Source: Acidobacteriota bacterium (GTDB lineage: Bacteria; Acidobacteriota; Blastocatellia; RBC074). Taken from it: a DNA stretch of 64,000 bases. The position numbers were made by a program, and so were the translations under genes. Shown here piece by piece: positions 1 through 10,012 of the stretch (position 1 is its first letter; each line of letters begins with the position of its first letter). Location of the stretch: positions 36,968 through 100,967 of the forward strand of contig JANPFP010000073.1 of NCBI GenBank assembly GCA_031423495.1, given 5' to 3'. The notes under the pieces were generated by a model that saw only the letters and a program-made list of their open reading frames with translations, did not search any database and was not told where the DNA came from.

Positions 1-1
1 C

Positions 2-106
2 AAAGCCGAAGCCTTGCGCCAAGCCGTGTTGCCGCTGCTCAAAAATCCGCGCACCGATCATCCGTTTTATTGGGCAGGCTTTGTTTTAGTGGGCGACGGA
101 CGCTAA
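2..106 (+). CDS. CHAT domain protein, C-terminal end (5' truncated by window)
   Basis: Frame 2 reads [34 protein letters not shown]; HPxYWAxFxLxG is the typical CHAT C-terminus. Confidence 0.85.
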   Translation, partial: KAEALRQAVLPLLKNPRTDHPFYWAGFVLVGDGR

Positions 107-155
107 TGGAATGGGTAGCGCAGGTTGGTAACCTGCGCTACCCATTCCATTAGCG
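101..155. repeat. Perfect 26-bp inverted repeat with GTAG REP core, between convergent genes
   Basis: CGCTAATGGAATGGGTAGCGCAGGTT-ggt-AACCTGCGCTACCCATTCCATTAGCG; arms include both stop codons. Confidence 0.9.
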
Positions 156-1430
156 CCGCAACTTGCGCAACTCAGCTAACAGCTTAGGCGGAATTGCTGA
201 ATCAGGATTGGCTTTTTGCAGCGCGCGGAATTCGCGTTCGGCTTCGTCGAGCAAACCGGCCTGCACGTAAAGCTGTCCCGTCAACAAGTGCGAAGAAAGA
301 CTGCGCGCGTTTTGAATCTCAGCGAATTTTTTTTGCCCCGCTACGCGAAAGCGCGCCAATGGCTTGGGCGGTTGTGGAGCTTTGATAACCTCGCCGTCTT
401 TGTCGGCTTTGACTTGCCAGGCGTATACGCGCCCGCGCGCCAACGACTGCGGCACTTGCCATGAGGTTTGCGTCAACGCTTCGCTTTGCGCGACCGCTTC
501 GTATTGTTCGTTGACGAGTTCGACCTGATAGCTGGTCGCGCCTGCCAACGGCTGCCAACGCAACACAGGGCGATCAGAAAGCACGACCTTACCCGCCGGT
601 TCGATCAATACGAACTGGGCGAATTGGCTCTCTTTGCCTTGCCCCATCAACGCCGCCGAAGCCGAACCCAATCCATTCAAGGCTGTCGAACGGGTTAGTT
701 GATTGGCCTGCAAAGCCTTTTGTGCGAGTTGGCGATAACGTGCGGGCCAGTCGTTTGCGCCTTGTAACTGGCCTTGCGCGTCGAGCATAAGTTGGCCGTC
801 GCCGTCGTTGAGTTGCGCCAGCAAGTTAATCGGCGAAGCAGTTGGTTCAACGGTTGCGCTAGGCGCAATCGTTGGAGAAGGCGAAGGCGTCACGATGGCG
901 ATTTGCTGGTTGTCGCGTTTGAACATTCGCCAGCCGATCAAGCCGAAGATCAGCATGGCGGCTGTCGTTACGACCAAAGGCAACGCAAAAAACGCGCGCA
1001 GCCGTTCGCCCAATGAGGGCGGCGCATTGAGCGCGGGTTTGAGTTCGACGGTGAGATCTTCGGCGACTTGCTGGCTGAAGGCGCGCAAGTCATCTGCCGC
1101 CGCGCCGCATTGGTGGCATTGCGACAAATGATCGCGGGCGAATTGTTGCGTTTCGCCGTTGAGGCGACCGTCTACGAAATCGGCAAGTTGTTCAAACGTC
1201 AGATGCACGGGTTCGCTCTCTGCCAGCACGGCGCTGTGCAAAGCCGGATAAAGCGCGGGCTGCCGCAACGCCACACGCTGGCAACACGCAGCGCAATCTG
1301 CCAAATGCCGCGTCAAAGCAGACAATTCCTCAGCCGCCAGTCGCTGGGCGGCGAAATCAATAAGTTGTGTTTCAGTCAAATGCGTAAACAACGGACACTC
1401 ACCTTTTGCGGGGACGCAGTGGGTCGGCAA
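150..1430 (-). CDS. Putative anti-sigma factor: two zf-HC2 motifs, TM helix, extracytoplasmic FN3/DUF928-like region, C-terminal TPR-like helix
   Basis: HLADCAAC and HLSQCHQC motifs, hydrophobic segment LPLVVTTAAMLIFGLIGW, directly downstream of a sigma factor; start uncertain. Confidence 0.75.
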   Translation of the reverse strand: MPTHCVPAKGECPLFTHLTETQLIDFAAQRLAAEELSALTRHLADCAACCQRVALRQPALYPALHSAVLAESEPVHLTFEQLADFVDGRLNGETQQFARDHLSQCHQCGAAADDLRAFSQQVAEDLTVELKPALNAPPSLGERLRAFFALPLVVTTAAMLIFGLIGWRMFKRDNQQIAIVTPSPSPTIAPSATVEPTASPINLLAQLNDGDGQLMLDAQGQLQGANDWPARYRQLAQKALQANQLTRSTALNGLGSASAALMGQGKESQFAQFVLIEPAGKVVLSDRPVLRWQPLAGATSYQVELVNEQYEAVAQSEALTQTSWQVPQSLARGRVYAWQVKADKDGEVIKAPQPPKPLARFRVAGQKKFAEIQNARSLSSHLLTGQLYVQAGLLDEAEREFRALQKANPDSAIPPKLLAELRKLRR

Positions 1431-1483
1431 TCATTGAAATTGCCGAAACCGTAGGGCGTATTACCAAGCGCGAAAAATTTATT

Positions 1484-2458
1484 TCAAGCAAAGCCGCGTA
1501 AGCGCCGCGCCAGTCTTTCGCGTGCGGACTTGCGTGCATTAATCACTTGTTGGCGCGTCAGCCCTAACAATTCGGCGACGCGCAAATCTTCGAGCGGCAG
1601 GTCATTCCATAACGCAGCGAATCGTTCATCCGTCATTTCAAGCGCCGCTGCCAGTTGCGCGAGCGTAGCCACGCCGGTAATCACAAACAGCGCGATGCAG
1701 CCGCGTCCGGCTTCGTCGCGCAAATTGAGCAAAAGCGCGGCGCGTTGATGCACAGGCAATTCCCGCAATTCTTCCCACATTCGTTGCAAGAAGACGCGCT
1801 GCTCGGTCAGCCAGGCCGGATTGGCTTCGGCGCTCAACAATTCGCGTTCGGTGAGCGCGTCGAGCGACTCGGCTTGGGGTTCGGCCAATTGCAAAAACTC
1901 GGCGAGCCACGCGACGAGTTCGTTGAGCGCGATGGGTGCGGCGGCTTGATTGAAAATCGCCGCGAGCAATTCGATCAATGCTGCACCTTGGGCCGCACCT
2001 TGCGCACCTGCCCAACGCTGGCGCTGCCAGACGAACGAACGATCTTCCAACACGGCGCGCAAACGTCCCGACGCTAACGCATCTTTTTTGCCTTGCCATT
2101 CGGCGAATCCGGCAACCGTTTTGTCGCGTTCGCGCCATTGCGCGAAGCCGTTCTGCCGAGTCAGCGCGTAAAGCACGCGATTCCGCAGCGCCTGAAATTG
2201 CGGATTGGCCTGCCGCAAGCGTTGCGCGCAGACACGCCACGCGATGGTCGCGGCAATGCTGCGCCACGCTTCGTCGGGTAAGTCTTTTGGCAAGTCTGGC
2301 ACGACCTGCATGCGTTGCCAGAGTTGCATGCGCGCTTCCTGATAAAGGTCTTCCAGGTCGTGCGGCCACGAACGCATCTTGAAGCGGATGATGCTGTGCA
2401 AAATCGCTTCGGCTTCAGTGACTAATGGCGTTACAGGTTGTTCAGGTTCGGCTTTCAA
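1484..2458 (-). CDS. ECF-like RNA polymerase sigma factor with a long insertion between regions 2 and 4
   Basis: DLEDLYQE (region 2), LPVHQRAALLL and VAELLGLTRQQVINARKSARERL (region 4); TTG start at 2458 overlaps upstream TGA. Confidence 0.75.
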   Translation of the reverse strand: MKAEPEQPVTPLVTEAEAILHSIIRFKMRSWPHDLEDLYQEARMQLWQRMQVVPDLPKDLPDEAWRSIAATIAWRVCAQRLRQANPQFQALRNRVLYALTRQNGFAQWRERDKTVAGFAEWQGKKDALASGRLRAVLEDRSFVWQRQRWAGAQGAAQGAALIELLAAIFNQAAAPIALNELVAWLAEFLQLAEPQAESLDALTERELLSAEANPAWLTEQRVFLQRMWEELRELPVHQRAALLLNLRDEAGRGCIALFVITGVATLAQLAAALEMTDERFAALWNDLPLEDLRVAELLGLTRQQVINARKSARERLARRLRGFA

Positions 2459-3624
2459 TAAATTGCGCGTGCTTTGACGTTTGCTTTGGTGGCGAGTGAA
2501 AACTCTTGCTCGACGCTGTCGTTGGCAATGATACGCGCTGCCACGTATTCGCCCAACGCGGGGCCGTGCTTGAATCCGTGCCCTGAGCCGCCACCGACCA
2601 GCCATACGTTGGTGAAATCAGGGTGGCGATCAATTAGGAAGTCTCCGTTAGAAGTGTTTTCATATTGGCAAACCCGTGACTCGATAAGCGGCGCGTCTTT
2701 CAACGCAGGAAACCGCCGCGCCAACGTTTGGCGAGCAGTCTGCAACGTGGTGTCAGTGACCAAACGTTCGTCGTTGTCTGGATCGAAAGCCCCGCCGTGG
2801 CGGTCAGGTGCGACTTTGAATCCGCGCGCTTCGAGACTGGGCAGGCCGTAAACTTCTGCCGCGAAATCTATCCACGTCGGACAGTGCGGCGGAGCAAAAC
2901 GCGCATCGCCCGACGGCGTGCCGAAATAAAACACTTCCTGCCGCGTCACGTGAATGCGTTCGGCCAACAACGCGGGAAAGAGTTTCGGTAGCCACGGGCC
3001 GCAGGCAAAGATGAACTTATCGGCGTGCAGCTTGTTTCCGCTGTGCGTGGTGAGTTCGGTCAATCGCCCCGTGCCGCCCGTGCTTATGGGTGGCAGCACG
3101 GCTTCGTTGAGGAAGCTGACACCGCGTTGAAGGGCGGCTTGCGCGACGGTTTGTACGGCACGCCACGCCATCAACGCACCGCTATCCGGTTCGTAAATCG
3201 CCCAATCAACGCCTCCAAAATTGAATTGCGGAAAACGCTTTTCGAGTTCGGCACGGTCGAGGCGTTCAAAGGGTATGCCGTATTTCGCCAATGTTTGCTC
3301 GCTGTCGAGCGCGTGCGCGTAATCGCCCTGTGCCAGCAACAACACGCCGGTTTGGTGAAAGAGCGTGTGCCCCGTGTCTTCACAAAATTCTGCGCTAAAG
3401 TCTTTCCATAATTTCAACGCGCGCCACGACCAGCGCGTATAAATTTCGCTCGCGCCGTAGCTCATCCGAATAATGCGCGACTCGTCGCCCGAACTCGAAC
3501 GGCTGTTGCCCGCGCCATAAGCGTCAACGAGTACGACGCGCAAGCCCGCGCGGTTTAGTTCATAAGCCGTCCACGTGCCGAATACGCCCGCGCCGATGAC
3601 GGCTACGTCAAAAGTTTGATTCAT
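2455..3624 (-). CDS. FAD-dependent oxidoreductase, monomeric sarcosine oxidase / N-methyltryptophan oxidase family
   Basis: GAGVFG dinucleotide motif, SSSGDESRIIR, GSGHGFKHGP. Confidence 0.88.
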   Translation of the reverse strand: MNQTFDVAVIGAGVFGTWTAYELNRAGLRVVLVDAYGAGNSRSSSGDESRIIRMSYGASEIYTRWSWRALKLWKDFSAEFCEDTGHTLFHQTGVLLLAQGDYAHALDSEQTLAKYGIPFERLDRAELEKRFPQFNFGGVDWAIYEPDSGALMAWRAVQTVAQAALQRGVSFLNEAVLPPISTGGTGRLTELTTHSGNKLHADKFIFACGPWLPKLFPALLAERIHVTRQEVFYFGTPSGDARFAPPHCPTWIDFAAEVYGLPSLEARGFKVAPDRHGGAFDPDNDERLVTDTTLQTARQTLARRFPALKDAPLIESRVCQYENTSNGDFLIDRHPDFTNVWLVGGGSGHGFKHGPALGEYVAARIIANDSVEQEFSLATKANVKARAIY

Positions 3625-3702
3625 AGTGATGCCTGACAGAGCAAGGGTTGAACAACTTGCGATTGTTACGGACTATATTGATCGAACTGGCGCAAAACAA
3701 AT

Positions 3703-4317
3703 ATGGCAACAAGTGACGATCCAGAAGAATTGGGACGCCGTTGGGCACGCAAAAACAAACCCGTGAACGAGTTAATTGCGGGTTTGCCAGCAGAGCAATT
3801 ATCAATCGCAATCACGGCTTATACGGCGGAGCTGAAAGTCTTGTATGCCGCCGAAGCGCAACGCGACGCGCTCACGCAACTGGGCAATCGTGCGGCTTTC
3901 GAGCATCATCTCGCCGCCGAAAGCGCGCGGGCTTTGCGTTATGGTCGCGTACTGACCGTAGCCTTGCTTGATCTCGACGGCTTCAAGCAAATCAACGACA
4001 CGCACGGACACGCCGCCGGAGACGCTGCGCTGCAACAGTTCGCGCAGTTATTAAAAGCCACGTTGCGGCAAAGCGATCAGGCCTTTCGTTATGGCGGCGA
4101 TGAGTTCGCGGTGTTGTTGCCTGAGACGACGGAACCAGCGGTTGAGGGCGTGATGTTAAGACTGAAAGAAAAAATGGCGGCGGCGCATTGTGCGTTTGGT
4201 TTCAGTTGGGGCAGTGCCTCTTTATCTAATTTACCTGTCGAAAGCCGTGTGCCAGAGGCGCTGTTGCCGCTAGCAGACGCGCGGCTGTACGCGCAAAAAC
4301 GCGAGAAGCGTTCATGA
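3703..4317 (+). CDS. Diguanylate cyclase (GGDEF domain)
   Basis: DALTQLGNR, DLDGFKQINDTHGHAAGD, RYGGDEF. Confidence 0.92.
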   Translation: MATSDDPEELGRRWARKNKPVNELIAGLPAEQLSIAITAYTAELKVLYAAEAQRDALTQLGNRAAFEHHLAAESARALRYGRVLTVALLDLDGFKQINDTHGHAAGDAALQQFAQLLKATLRQSDQAFRYGGDEFAVLLPETTEPAVEGVMLRLKEKMAAAHCAFGFSWGSASLSNLPVESRVPEALLPLADARLYAQKREKRS

Positions 4318-6254
4318 CTTTTACCCGATTCGCCCAACAGATTTTACGCTCGACGAAACTCAACGTGAGCGTGGTTTACACCGCGCTGGTCGTAGGCTTT
4401 TTCTTGCTGATTGGGCTGATCGTTAATTTAGGGAGTTATGGCGCGAACCGTTTGGAAGAGTTGAGCCGTCGCGCGCAGGCGCAAACCGAAGGCTTCGGCG
4501 TGCGTGTGCAACAGGCTTCGGCCTTGCGTTCGGCGGTCGAGAACAGCCTGGCCGAAGCGCGCACCTATCGCACCGCGCGTGAGAACTTGCGCGGGATGAT
4601 CGTTTCTTACAACTCGCGCTTTAACACAGCCTTGCAACGGCTCAACGACGAGTTCGCCAAAACCAAAACCGTCAGAACACAACTCGGTACGGACTTGTCT
4701 GTCGAAGAGCGCAAACAAATTGATTACCTATTGGCGCACGAAGCCACGCTGGTCGCATATCTCGCGCAAGTGCGTGAGCGCGTGAATGCCGAAGTCAAAG
4801 GGACGGCGGCAAGTTTTTCTGCGCCTGAAATCGTCACGCCGCATGACGCCGAGATTGATGCGAAACTCGCAGCGGGCACCGATCAAGCGACGAGGCAATC
4901 GTTGATCGAAAGCCGCTTTCTGAGCGCGCAAAACTTTATGTTGAACGCCGTGCAAGCGTGGGAAAAACAGCTCAGCCTCGAACGGCAAAACCTGCTGGCA
5001 GATGTGGCTACGCAACAAGCCGCCGCCGCCGCCGCCGTGCGTTCGCGTATGTTTTGGACGGCCTTGCTGGGCGGACTGATTGCGTTAGGGTCTTCTTTGA
5101 TCGCGCTTTCGCAAATCAAACAGATTCGTCAAGCCGAAAATCAGGCGCAGGAAGCTGGGGGATTGACGACTTCGGTGTTGAACAGTTTGCGCGACGGGGT
5201 GTTGGCGATTAACGAACAAGGCGCAGTGTTTTCGGTGAACCCTACGTTTGAGAAAGACTTTCACTTCACGCAACGCGAATGTTTGCATCAGGATTACCGT
5301 ACCTTGTTGGCGGGCTTGCCCGTGTTGCGGCAGGCGATTGAGAAAGCCAGTGAACGTATGTCGCTCACGTCGGTTGCGCACGTACGCGCCGCCGAGCGAT
5401 TGGAAATCAAACCCGATGGCGCGGCGGGCGATACGCGGTTGTTCGATCTGGAAATCACGCCGCGCAAAGTCAGCGGCGAAGAACGCGGTTCGGTCATTGT
5501 GCTGACGGATGTCACAGAGATTGAACGCAACCGCGAAGAAGCCGAACGCAATCGCGCGCTCAGTCGCATCGGACAACTCACCGCGCAAGTCGGCCACGAA
5601 ATCTATAATCCGCTAGGTTCGATCAAGCTCAACACAGACTTGCTGGACATGCAGCTTCCGCCCGACACGCCCGCATTGAACGACGCACGCGAAACGGTAA
5701 AACGGCTCAAGCGTTCGCTCGAACACCTCTCGACCATCGTGCTGGATTTGCGTTACCTCTCGCGTCCGCGCGACCCCGAACGCAAGGCGACGGAATTGAA
5801 CGGCTTGCTTGATGAGGTCATCGAACTCGCACGCGAACGCTTGCAACGCACACAAATTCAGGTAAAACGCACTTACGCCGTTGAACAACTGCGCGGCGAA
5901 TTCGATCCGGTGCAATTGCGTAAAGTCTTTCTCAATCTCTTGATGAACGCGATTGAAGCCTCACCGTCAGGCAGCGAAGTCACGCTGGCGACGCGCGCCG
6001 TCAGCGCCAAGACTTTGACGAATGGATTCAAAGCCGAACGCGGCGCACTCGCGGTCAGCGTAATGGATCACGGCAGCGGCATGTCCGCCGAAACCAAACG
6101 TCGCGTGTTCGAGGCGTTTTATACGACCAAACAACACGGCACGGGGTTGGGCATGATGATTACACACGAAATCATCAAGAAACACGGCGGTCTTATCGAA
6201 GTCGAAAGCGAAGAAGGTCGCGGCACCAGTGTGGAAGTTTTCTTGCCGCTTTAG
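4314..6254 (+). CDS. Membrane sensor histidine kinase with PAS domain
   Basis: Two TM segments, H-box HEIYNPL, NLLMNAIEA, DHGSG, FYTTK, GTGLG; ATGA overlap with GGDEF gene. Confidence 0.92.
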   Translation: MTFTRFAQQILRSTKLNVSVVYTALVVGFFLLIGLIVNLGSYGANRLEELSRRAQAQTEGFGVRVQQASALRSAVENSLAEARTYRTARENLRGMIVSYNSRFNTALQRLNDEFAKTKTVRTQLGTDLSVEERKQIDYLLAHEATLVAYLAQVRERVNAEVKGTAASFSAPEIVTPHDAEIDAKLAAGTDQATRQSLIESRFLSAQNFMLNAVQAWEKQLSLERQNLLADVATQQAAAAAAVRSRMFWTALLGGLIALGSSLIALSQIKQIRQAENQAQEAGGLTTSVLNSLRDGVLAINEQGAVFSVNPTFEKDFHFTQRECLHQDYRTLLAGLPVLRQAIEKASERMSLTSVAHVRAAERLEIKPDGAAGDTRLFDLEITPRKVSGEERGSVIVLTDVTEIERNREEAERNRALSRIGQLTAQVGHEIYNPLGSIKLNTDLLDMQLPPDTPALNDARETVKRLKRSLEHLSTIVLDLRYLSRPRDPERKATELNGLLDEVIELARERLQRTQIQVKRTYAVEQLRGEFDPVQLRKVFLNLLMNAIEASPSGSEVTLATRAVSAKTLTNGFKAERGALAVSVMDHGSGMSAETKRRVFEAFYTTKQHGTGLGMMITHEIIKKHGGLIEVESEEGRGTSVEVFLPL

Positions 6255-6265
6255 GAGCGGAAAGA

Positions 6266-6300
6266 AGGCAAAAGACAAACGGCAAAAGGCAAACGGCAAA
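6266..6300. repeat. Heptamer tandem repeat (MGRCAAA x5), intergenic
   Basis: aggcaaa agacaaa cggcaaa aggcaaa cggcaaa. Confidence 0.8.
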
Positions 6301-6319
6301 AAGATAGCCGACAACTGAG

Positions 6320-9283
6320 ATGAGCAAGCCACACATTCAATTCGGTGCATTCCGCATTCCGCCCGATGTTGATCTGCTCTATCGCAAAGAACAGACGGGC
6401 GAAGAAGTCGTGCCGCTCGAACCGCGCGCCATACAGGTGTTGCGTTATCTCGCCTCGCAGCACGGGCGCATCGTCACCAAAGACGAATTGCTCGAAAAGG
6501 TTTGGGTAGACGTTTTCACGACCGATGCCGTACTCAAAAAAGCCATCTCGCAAGTGCGCCGCGCGTTGGGCGATGACGCCGAAGAGGCGCGTTACATTCG
6601 CACGTGGCACGCGCGCGGCTATGAATTCATTGCGCTCGTAACACTGTCCGAAACACTGAAAGAAGACGTAAAGCCACTCGCCCCACTGTTGGCGAAGCCG
6701 CCCGTTAGCGCGCCGCTGCCCAATGCAGTTGATCCTGATTACGACCAATTGATCGGACGGGCAGGCGAGTTCGCCGCGTTGTGCGTGGCCTTTCGCCTTA
6801 CGTTGAAAAAGCAGGGGCAGCCCGTGGTCGTCACGGGCGATTCGGGTTCGGGCAAGACGCAACTGGCGCGGAGCTTTCGGCGGTGGGCGAATACGCAGGG
6901 CGCGCAATGTTTGTATGCGCGCTTTTTCGATTATCGCGGCAGCCAGCGCGCGCCGTTCGAGACGTTCCTGTCGTTGCTGCGTGCGGCGTTGGGGCAACCC
7001 GTGAGCGGCGCCTTGTCTCACAGCCAGCTTTTGGCTTCGGGCGAAGTTATTCATGACTTGCGCGCCGACTTGCGCGCCCTGGTTGAAGCGCGCTGCGGCG
7101 TGACGTTGCCCGAAGCCTTGTTCGTGCAAAGCACGCAACCGCTGGCGACCGTCGAAGGGCATACGGGTACGTCGTTGGCCGATCAGTTTCGCGCTGTCGT
7201 TCCGCTGGGCAAAAGTTTTATTCGCTTGAGCCGCCAACGTCCGCTGGTGCTGTTGCTCGACGATGTGCAATGGGCTGACGAAGCAAGCCGCGAAATCATC
7301 GGTTATTTGATGCGCGTGTCGGAAAGCGAACCGCTGTTACTGGTGACTCTGATGCGCAACGAAGAATCGCTCGACGCGACGAACCCGGTCACCGCGTGGC
7401 TGAAAGAGCAGGCCAGTTATCGCAGCTACACCAGCTTGCCGCTCGCGTCGCTTAACGAAACCGAATGCCGCCAATTGATCGAAGCCGTTTTCAGCAACGG
7501 TGAATGCGCGCCCGATTTACCGGCGGCAGATTTGCGCACGCTGCATCGCACGACGGGCGGCAATCCATATTTTTTAACTGAGACGTTGCGGTTGCTCGTG
7601 GCAAACGGTGCGATCACGGCTCAGACCGGCGCGAGCGGCAAGCCGCGTTATCAATGGCACGGCATCAAGGATTTTCCGCTGCCTGACAACCTCGTATTCG
7701 CCGCGCAAGACAAGCTCGGACGTTTGCCCGTGACGGTGCGTCCGTTGATCGAAGCCGCCGCCGTGCTGGGCGATGAGTTCCGCGTTGAAACACTGGCCTT
7801 GTTGTTGGGGCAAACTGAAGCTGAAGTGGAAACGGTCGCGCGCGAGGCCGTGCGTTGCGGCGTGTTGTCTGAACGCGGCATTTCAGCCGAAGCAGACTTT
7901 CGCTTTCATCACACGATGTTGCGGCGTGTGGCTTATGACCAGTTGACGCAACGCCAGCGGCGACGTTCGCACGCGCAAGCCGCGCAGGCGTTGGAAAAAG
8001 TTTTCGCACACGAAGCCGACCGCGTGGCCGAAGCCATCAGCGCGCATCACGAAGCGGCAGGCGACGTAATGAATACGTTTACTTGGAGCTTACGCGCGTG
8101 GCGAGCGGCGGCGACGCGCTGGCAATGGCGCACGGCGGTCGCGTGTCTCGAACGCGTGAGTCGCGCCGCTGAACAAATCAGTTCGTCTGATCCTGCGGCG
8201 CTGACCATGCAAGAACGCTTGCGCTATTTGATTGGATTGGGCGAGAGCTATCGTGCGGTAGGCCGCTTGCGCGAATCAGAACAAACCTTATTGCGTGCGC
8301 TGTCATTGGCCGAAACGTTCGCTGAAACGTCGTTGATCGGCGAGACGGCTTATCAACTGGCGCAGACTTCGTTTGCGCGCGGGCAATATGAAACGACGGT
8401 GGCGCAAGCTGAACGCGCGCATCAGTTGTTAAAAGACACGGCGGAAAGCGGCACAGCTACGTTTGCGTGGTTGCAAGCGGTGAGCGCGAAATTGGCGCTG
8501 GGTGATTATGCGGCGGCTGATTCATTGACGGCGATGATTCCACCAGCGGCGCAAGCGCCCGACGCGCAATCGGTCATCGCGCTCGAGTTGCTGGGCTGGG
8601 CGCGCGCGCTGCAAACGATCAACCTGCATCGTGACGGCGGCGAGTTGCTGGCATCGGGTTCGTTTCAATCCGGCTTGCCTTCGCAATGGAAAGCCCGCAC
8701 TTATATGACCGGCGCTGATTTCCAGAACTGGTTCGAGACCTATCACGATCAAGGCTATCGCCCGCGTGAAATTTCGGTGACGCCCGACAGCAACGGCAAT
8801 CCCCGCTTCAACGTGATCTGGAAGAAACGCAACGGCGAGGGCTATTACACTTACTTCGGACTGACCGACGCGCAATGGCAGCAGAAGTGGAACAAACACG
8901 TAGTGCAAGGCGGCATGGTCGTCGAAGAGCAGGTCACTTACGAAGACAACAACGGCGCGCGTCACGCGGCAGTGTTCATCAGTGCGCCCAAAGTGAACTT
9001 TTATGAATACCACCACATGACTTCACTGGTCTTCAATACGACGTTCGATGTTTTGAATAACGCAGGCTTCCGGCTGACGAATATGAATGTCGCTGAGATC
9101 AACGGCAATCGCAGCTACGGCGGCATCTGGCGCAAAGTGCCGGGCGCGTGGGTCGCGCGTTACGGTCTGACGCCGAGCGAATATCAAGACAAGTATGAAG
9201 AATACGCGGCGCAAGGCTATCGGCTCTATCGCATTCAGGGATACGCGAACTCTGAAAGGTTCGCGGCGATCTGGACGAAATAA
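6320..9283 (+). CDS. wHTH (OmpR-type) + STAND/AAA ATPase + TPR protein, fused at about 8615 to BTRD1-like tandem repeats
   Basis: LEPRAIQVLRYL...RGYEF wHTH; Walker A GDSGSGKT; LLLDDVQWAD; GGNPYFL; C-terminal repeats such as WVARYGLTPSEYQDKYEEYAAQGYRL. Confidence 0.8.
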   Translation: MSKPHIQFGAFRIPPDVDLLYRKEQTGEEVVPLEPRAIQVLRYLASQHGRIVTKDELLEKVWVDVFTTDAVLKKAISQVRRALGDDAEEARYIRTWHARGYEFIALVTLSETLKEDVKPLAPLLAKPPVSAPLPNAVDPDYDQLIGRAGEFAALCVAFRLTLKKQGQPVVVTGDSGSGKTQLARSFRRWANTQGAQCLYARFFDYRGSQRAPFETFLSLLRAALGQPVSGALSHSQLLASGEVIHDLRADLRALVEARCGVTLPEALFVQSTQPLATVEGHTGTSLADQFRAVVPLGKSFIRLSRQRPLVLLLDDVQWADEASREIIGYLMRVSESEPLLLVTLMRNEESLDATNPVTAWLKEQASYRSYTSLPLASLNETECRQLIEAVFSNGECAPDLPAADLRTLHRTTGGNPYFLTETLRLLVANGAITAQTGASGKPRYQWHGIKDFPLPDNLVFAAQDKLGRLPVTVRPLIEAAAVLGDEFRVETLALLLGQTEAEVETVAREAVRCGVLSERGISAEADFRFHHTMLRRVAYDQLTQRQRRRSHAQAAQALEKVFAHEADRVAEAISAHHEAAGDVMNTFTWSLRAWRAAATRWQWRTAVACLERVSRAAEQISSSDPAALTMQERLRYLIGLGESYRAVGRLRESEQTLLRALSLAETFAETSLIGETAYQLAQTSFARGQYETTVAQAERAHQLLKDTAESGTATFAWLQAVSAKLALGDYAAADSLTAMIPPAAQAPDAQSVIALELLGWARALQTINLHRDGGELLASGSFQSGLPSQWKARTYMTGADFQNWFETYHDQGYRPREISVTPDSNGNPRFNVIWKKRNGEGYYTYFGLTDAQWQQKWNKHVVQGGMVVEEQVTYEDNNGARHAAVFISAPKVNFYEYHHMTSLVFNTTFDVLNNAGFRLTNMNVAEINGNRSYGGIWRKVPGAWVARYGLTPSEYQDKYEEYAAQGYRLYRIQGYANSERFAAIWTK

Positions 9284-9369
9284 GGCCGAGCGCGTCAGCC
9301 GCCTGCGACGAGGAGAGCGAGGCCTTCATCGCACAATGAACGCCTTTCGTTTTTGATTTTCAGCTTGGC

Positions 9370-9930
9370 TCAAACTGAAATGACTTCGAGTTCGGGATCA
9401 ACTTCGGATTGCAAAATACTTTCAATCGCCATCAGCGTGCCGGTGAACGAACTCGGACAACTGCCGCACGCGCCCTGATAACGAATGGTCAGTCGCTTTT
9501 CGTTCAAACCAATAATCTCAATGCCGCCGCCATCGCCTGCCAGACCGGGACGAATCTTTTCATCAAGAATCGCATTGATCTGATCGAGCATCGGGTTGAC
9601 GCCGGGCACAAAAGCGGGAATCGGACTCATACCGGGTTCTGCCGCCATTGCCAGTTCAGCCACCGCCGGAGCCGAGCGAATTGGGTCAGCCAGCTTGCGC
9701 AGCATTTCTTCCCAATCCACGTGGTCTTCTTTATTTACAGTGATGAACCGATCCATGTAAAAAACCGAAGTCACGTTGCCTACGTCAAACAGCGCGGAAG
9801 CGAGCGGGTCAGCTTGCGCGGTCAGCGCGTTGGGGTAAGAGCGCGAAGAGCCGCTGGTGATCGGTTCTTTCAAAATGAATTTCACTGCGTTGGGATTGGG
9901 CGTGTATTCGATGTCTGCGATTTTCGGCAT
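9370..9930 (-). CDS. NifU/Nfu family Fe-S scaffold or carrier (Nfu_N + NifU-C)
   Basis: [10 protein letters not shown]-terminus; DGGGIE and [11 protein letters not shown]. Confidence 0.92.
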   Translation of the reverse strand: MPKIADIEYTPNPNAVKFILKEPITSGSSRSYPNALTAQADPLASALFDVGNVTSVFYMDRFITVNKEDHVDWEEMLRKLADPIRSAPAVAELAMAAEPGMSPIPAFVPGVNPMLDQINAILDEKIRPGLAGDGGGIEIIGLNEKRLTIRYQGACGSCPSSFTGTLMAIESILQSEVDPELEVISV

Positions 9931-10012
9931 AGTGTTTTCTCCTGCTTGGTAAGCGAAAGGGGATTATAGCGATGTGCCGCAGTCCCACAACCAGCAAAGC
10001 AGAAAGTGGCAA

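Noticed and set aside
2459-2605. Longer start for the sigma factor
   Set aside because: Overlaps the oxidase CDS; TTG at 2458 gives a normal 4-nt overlap
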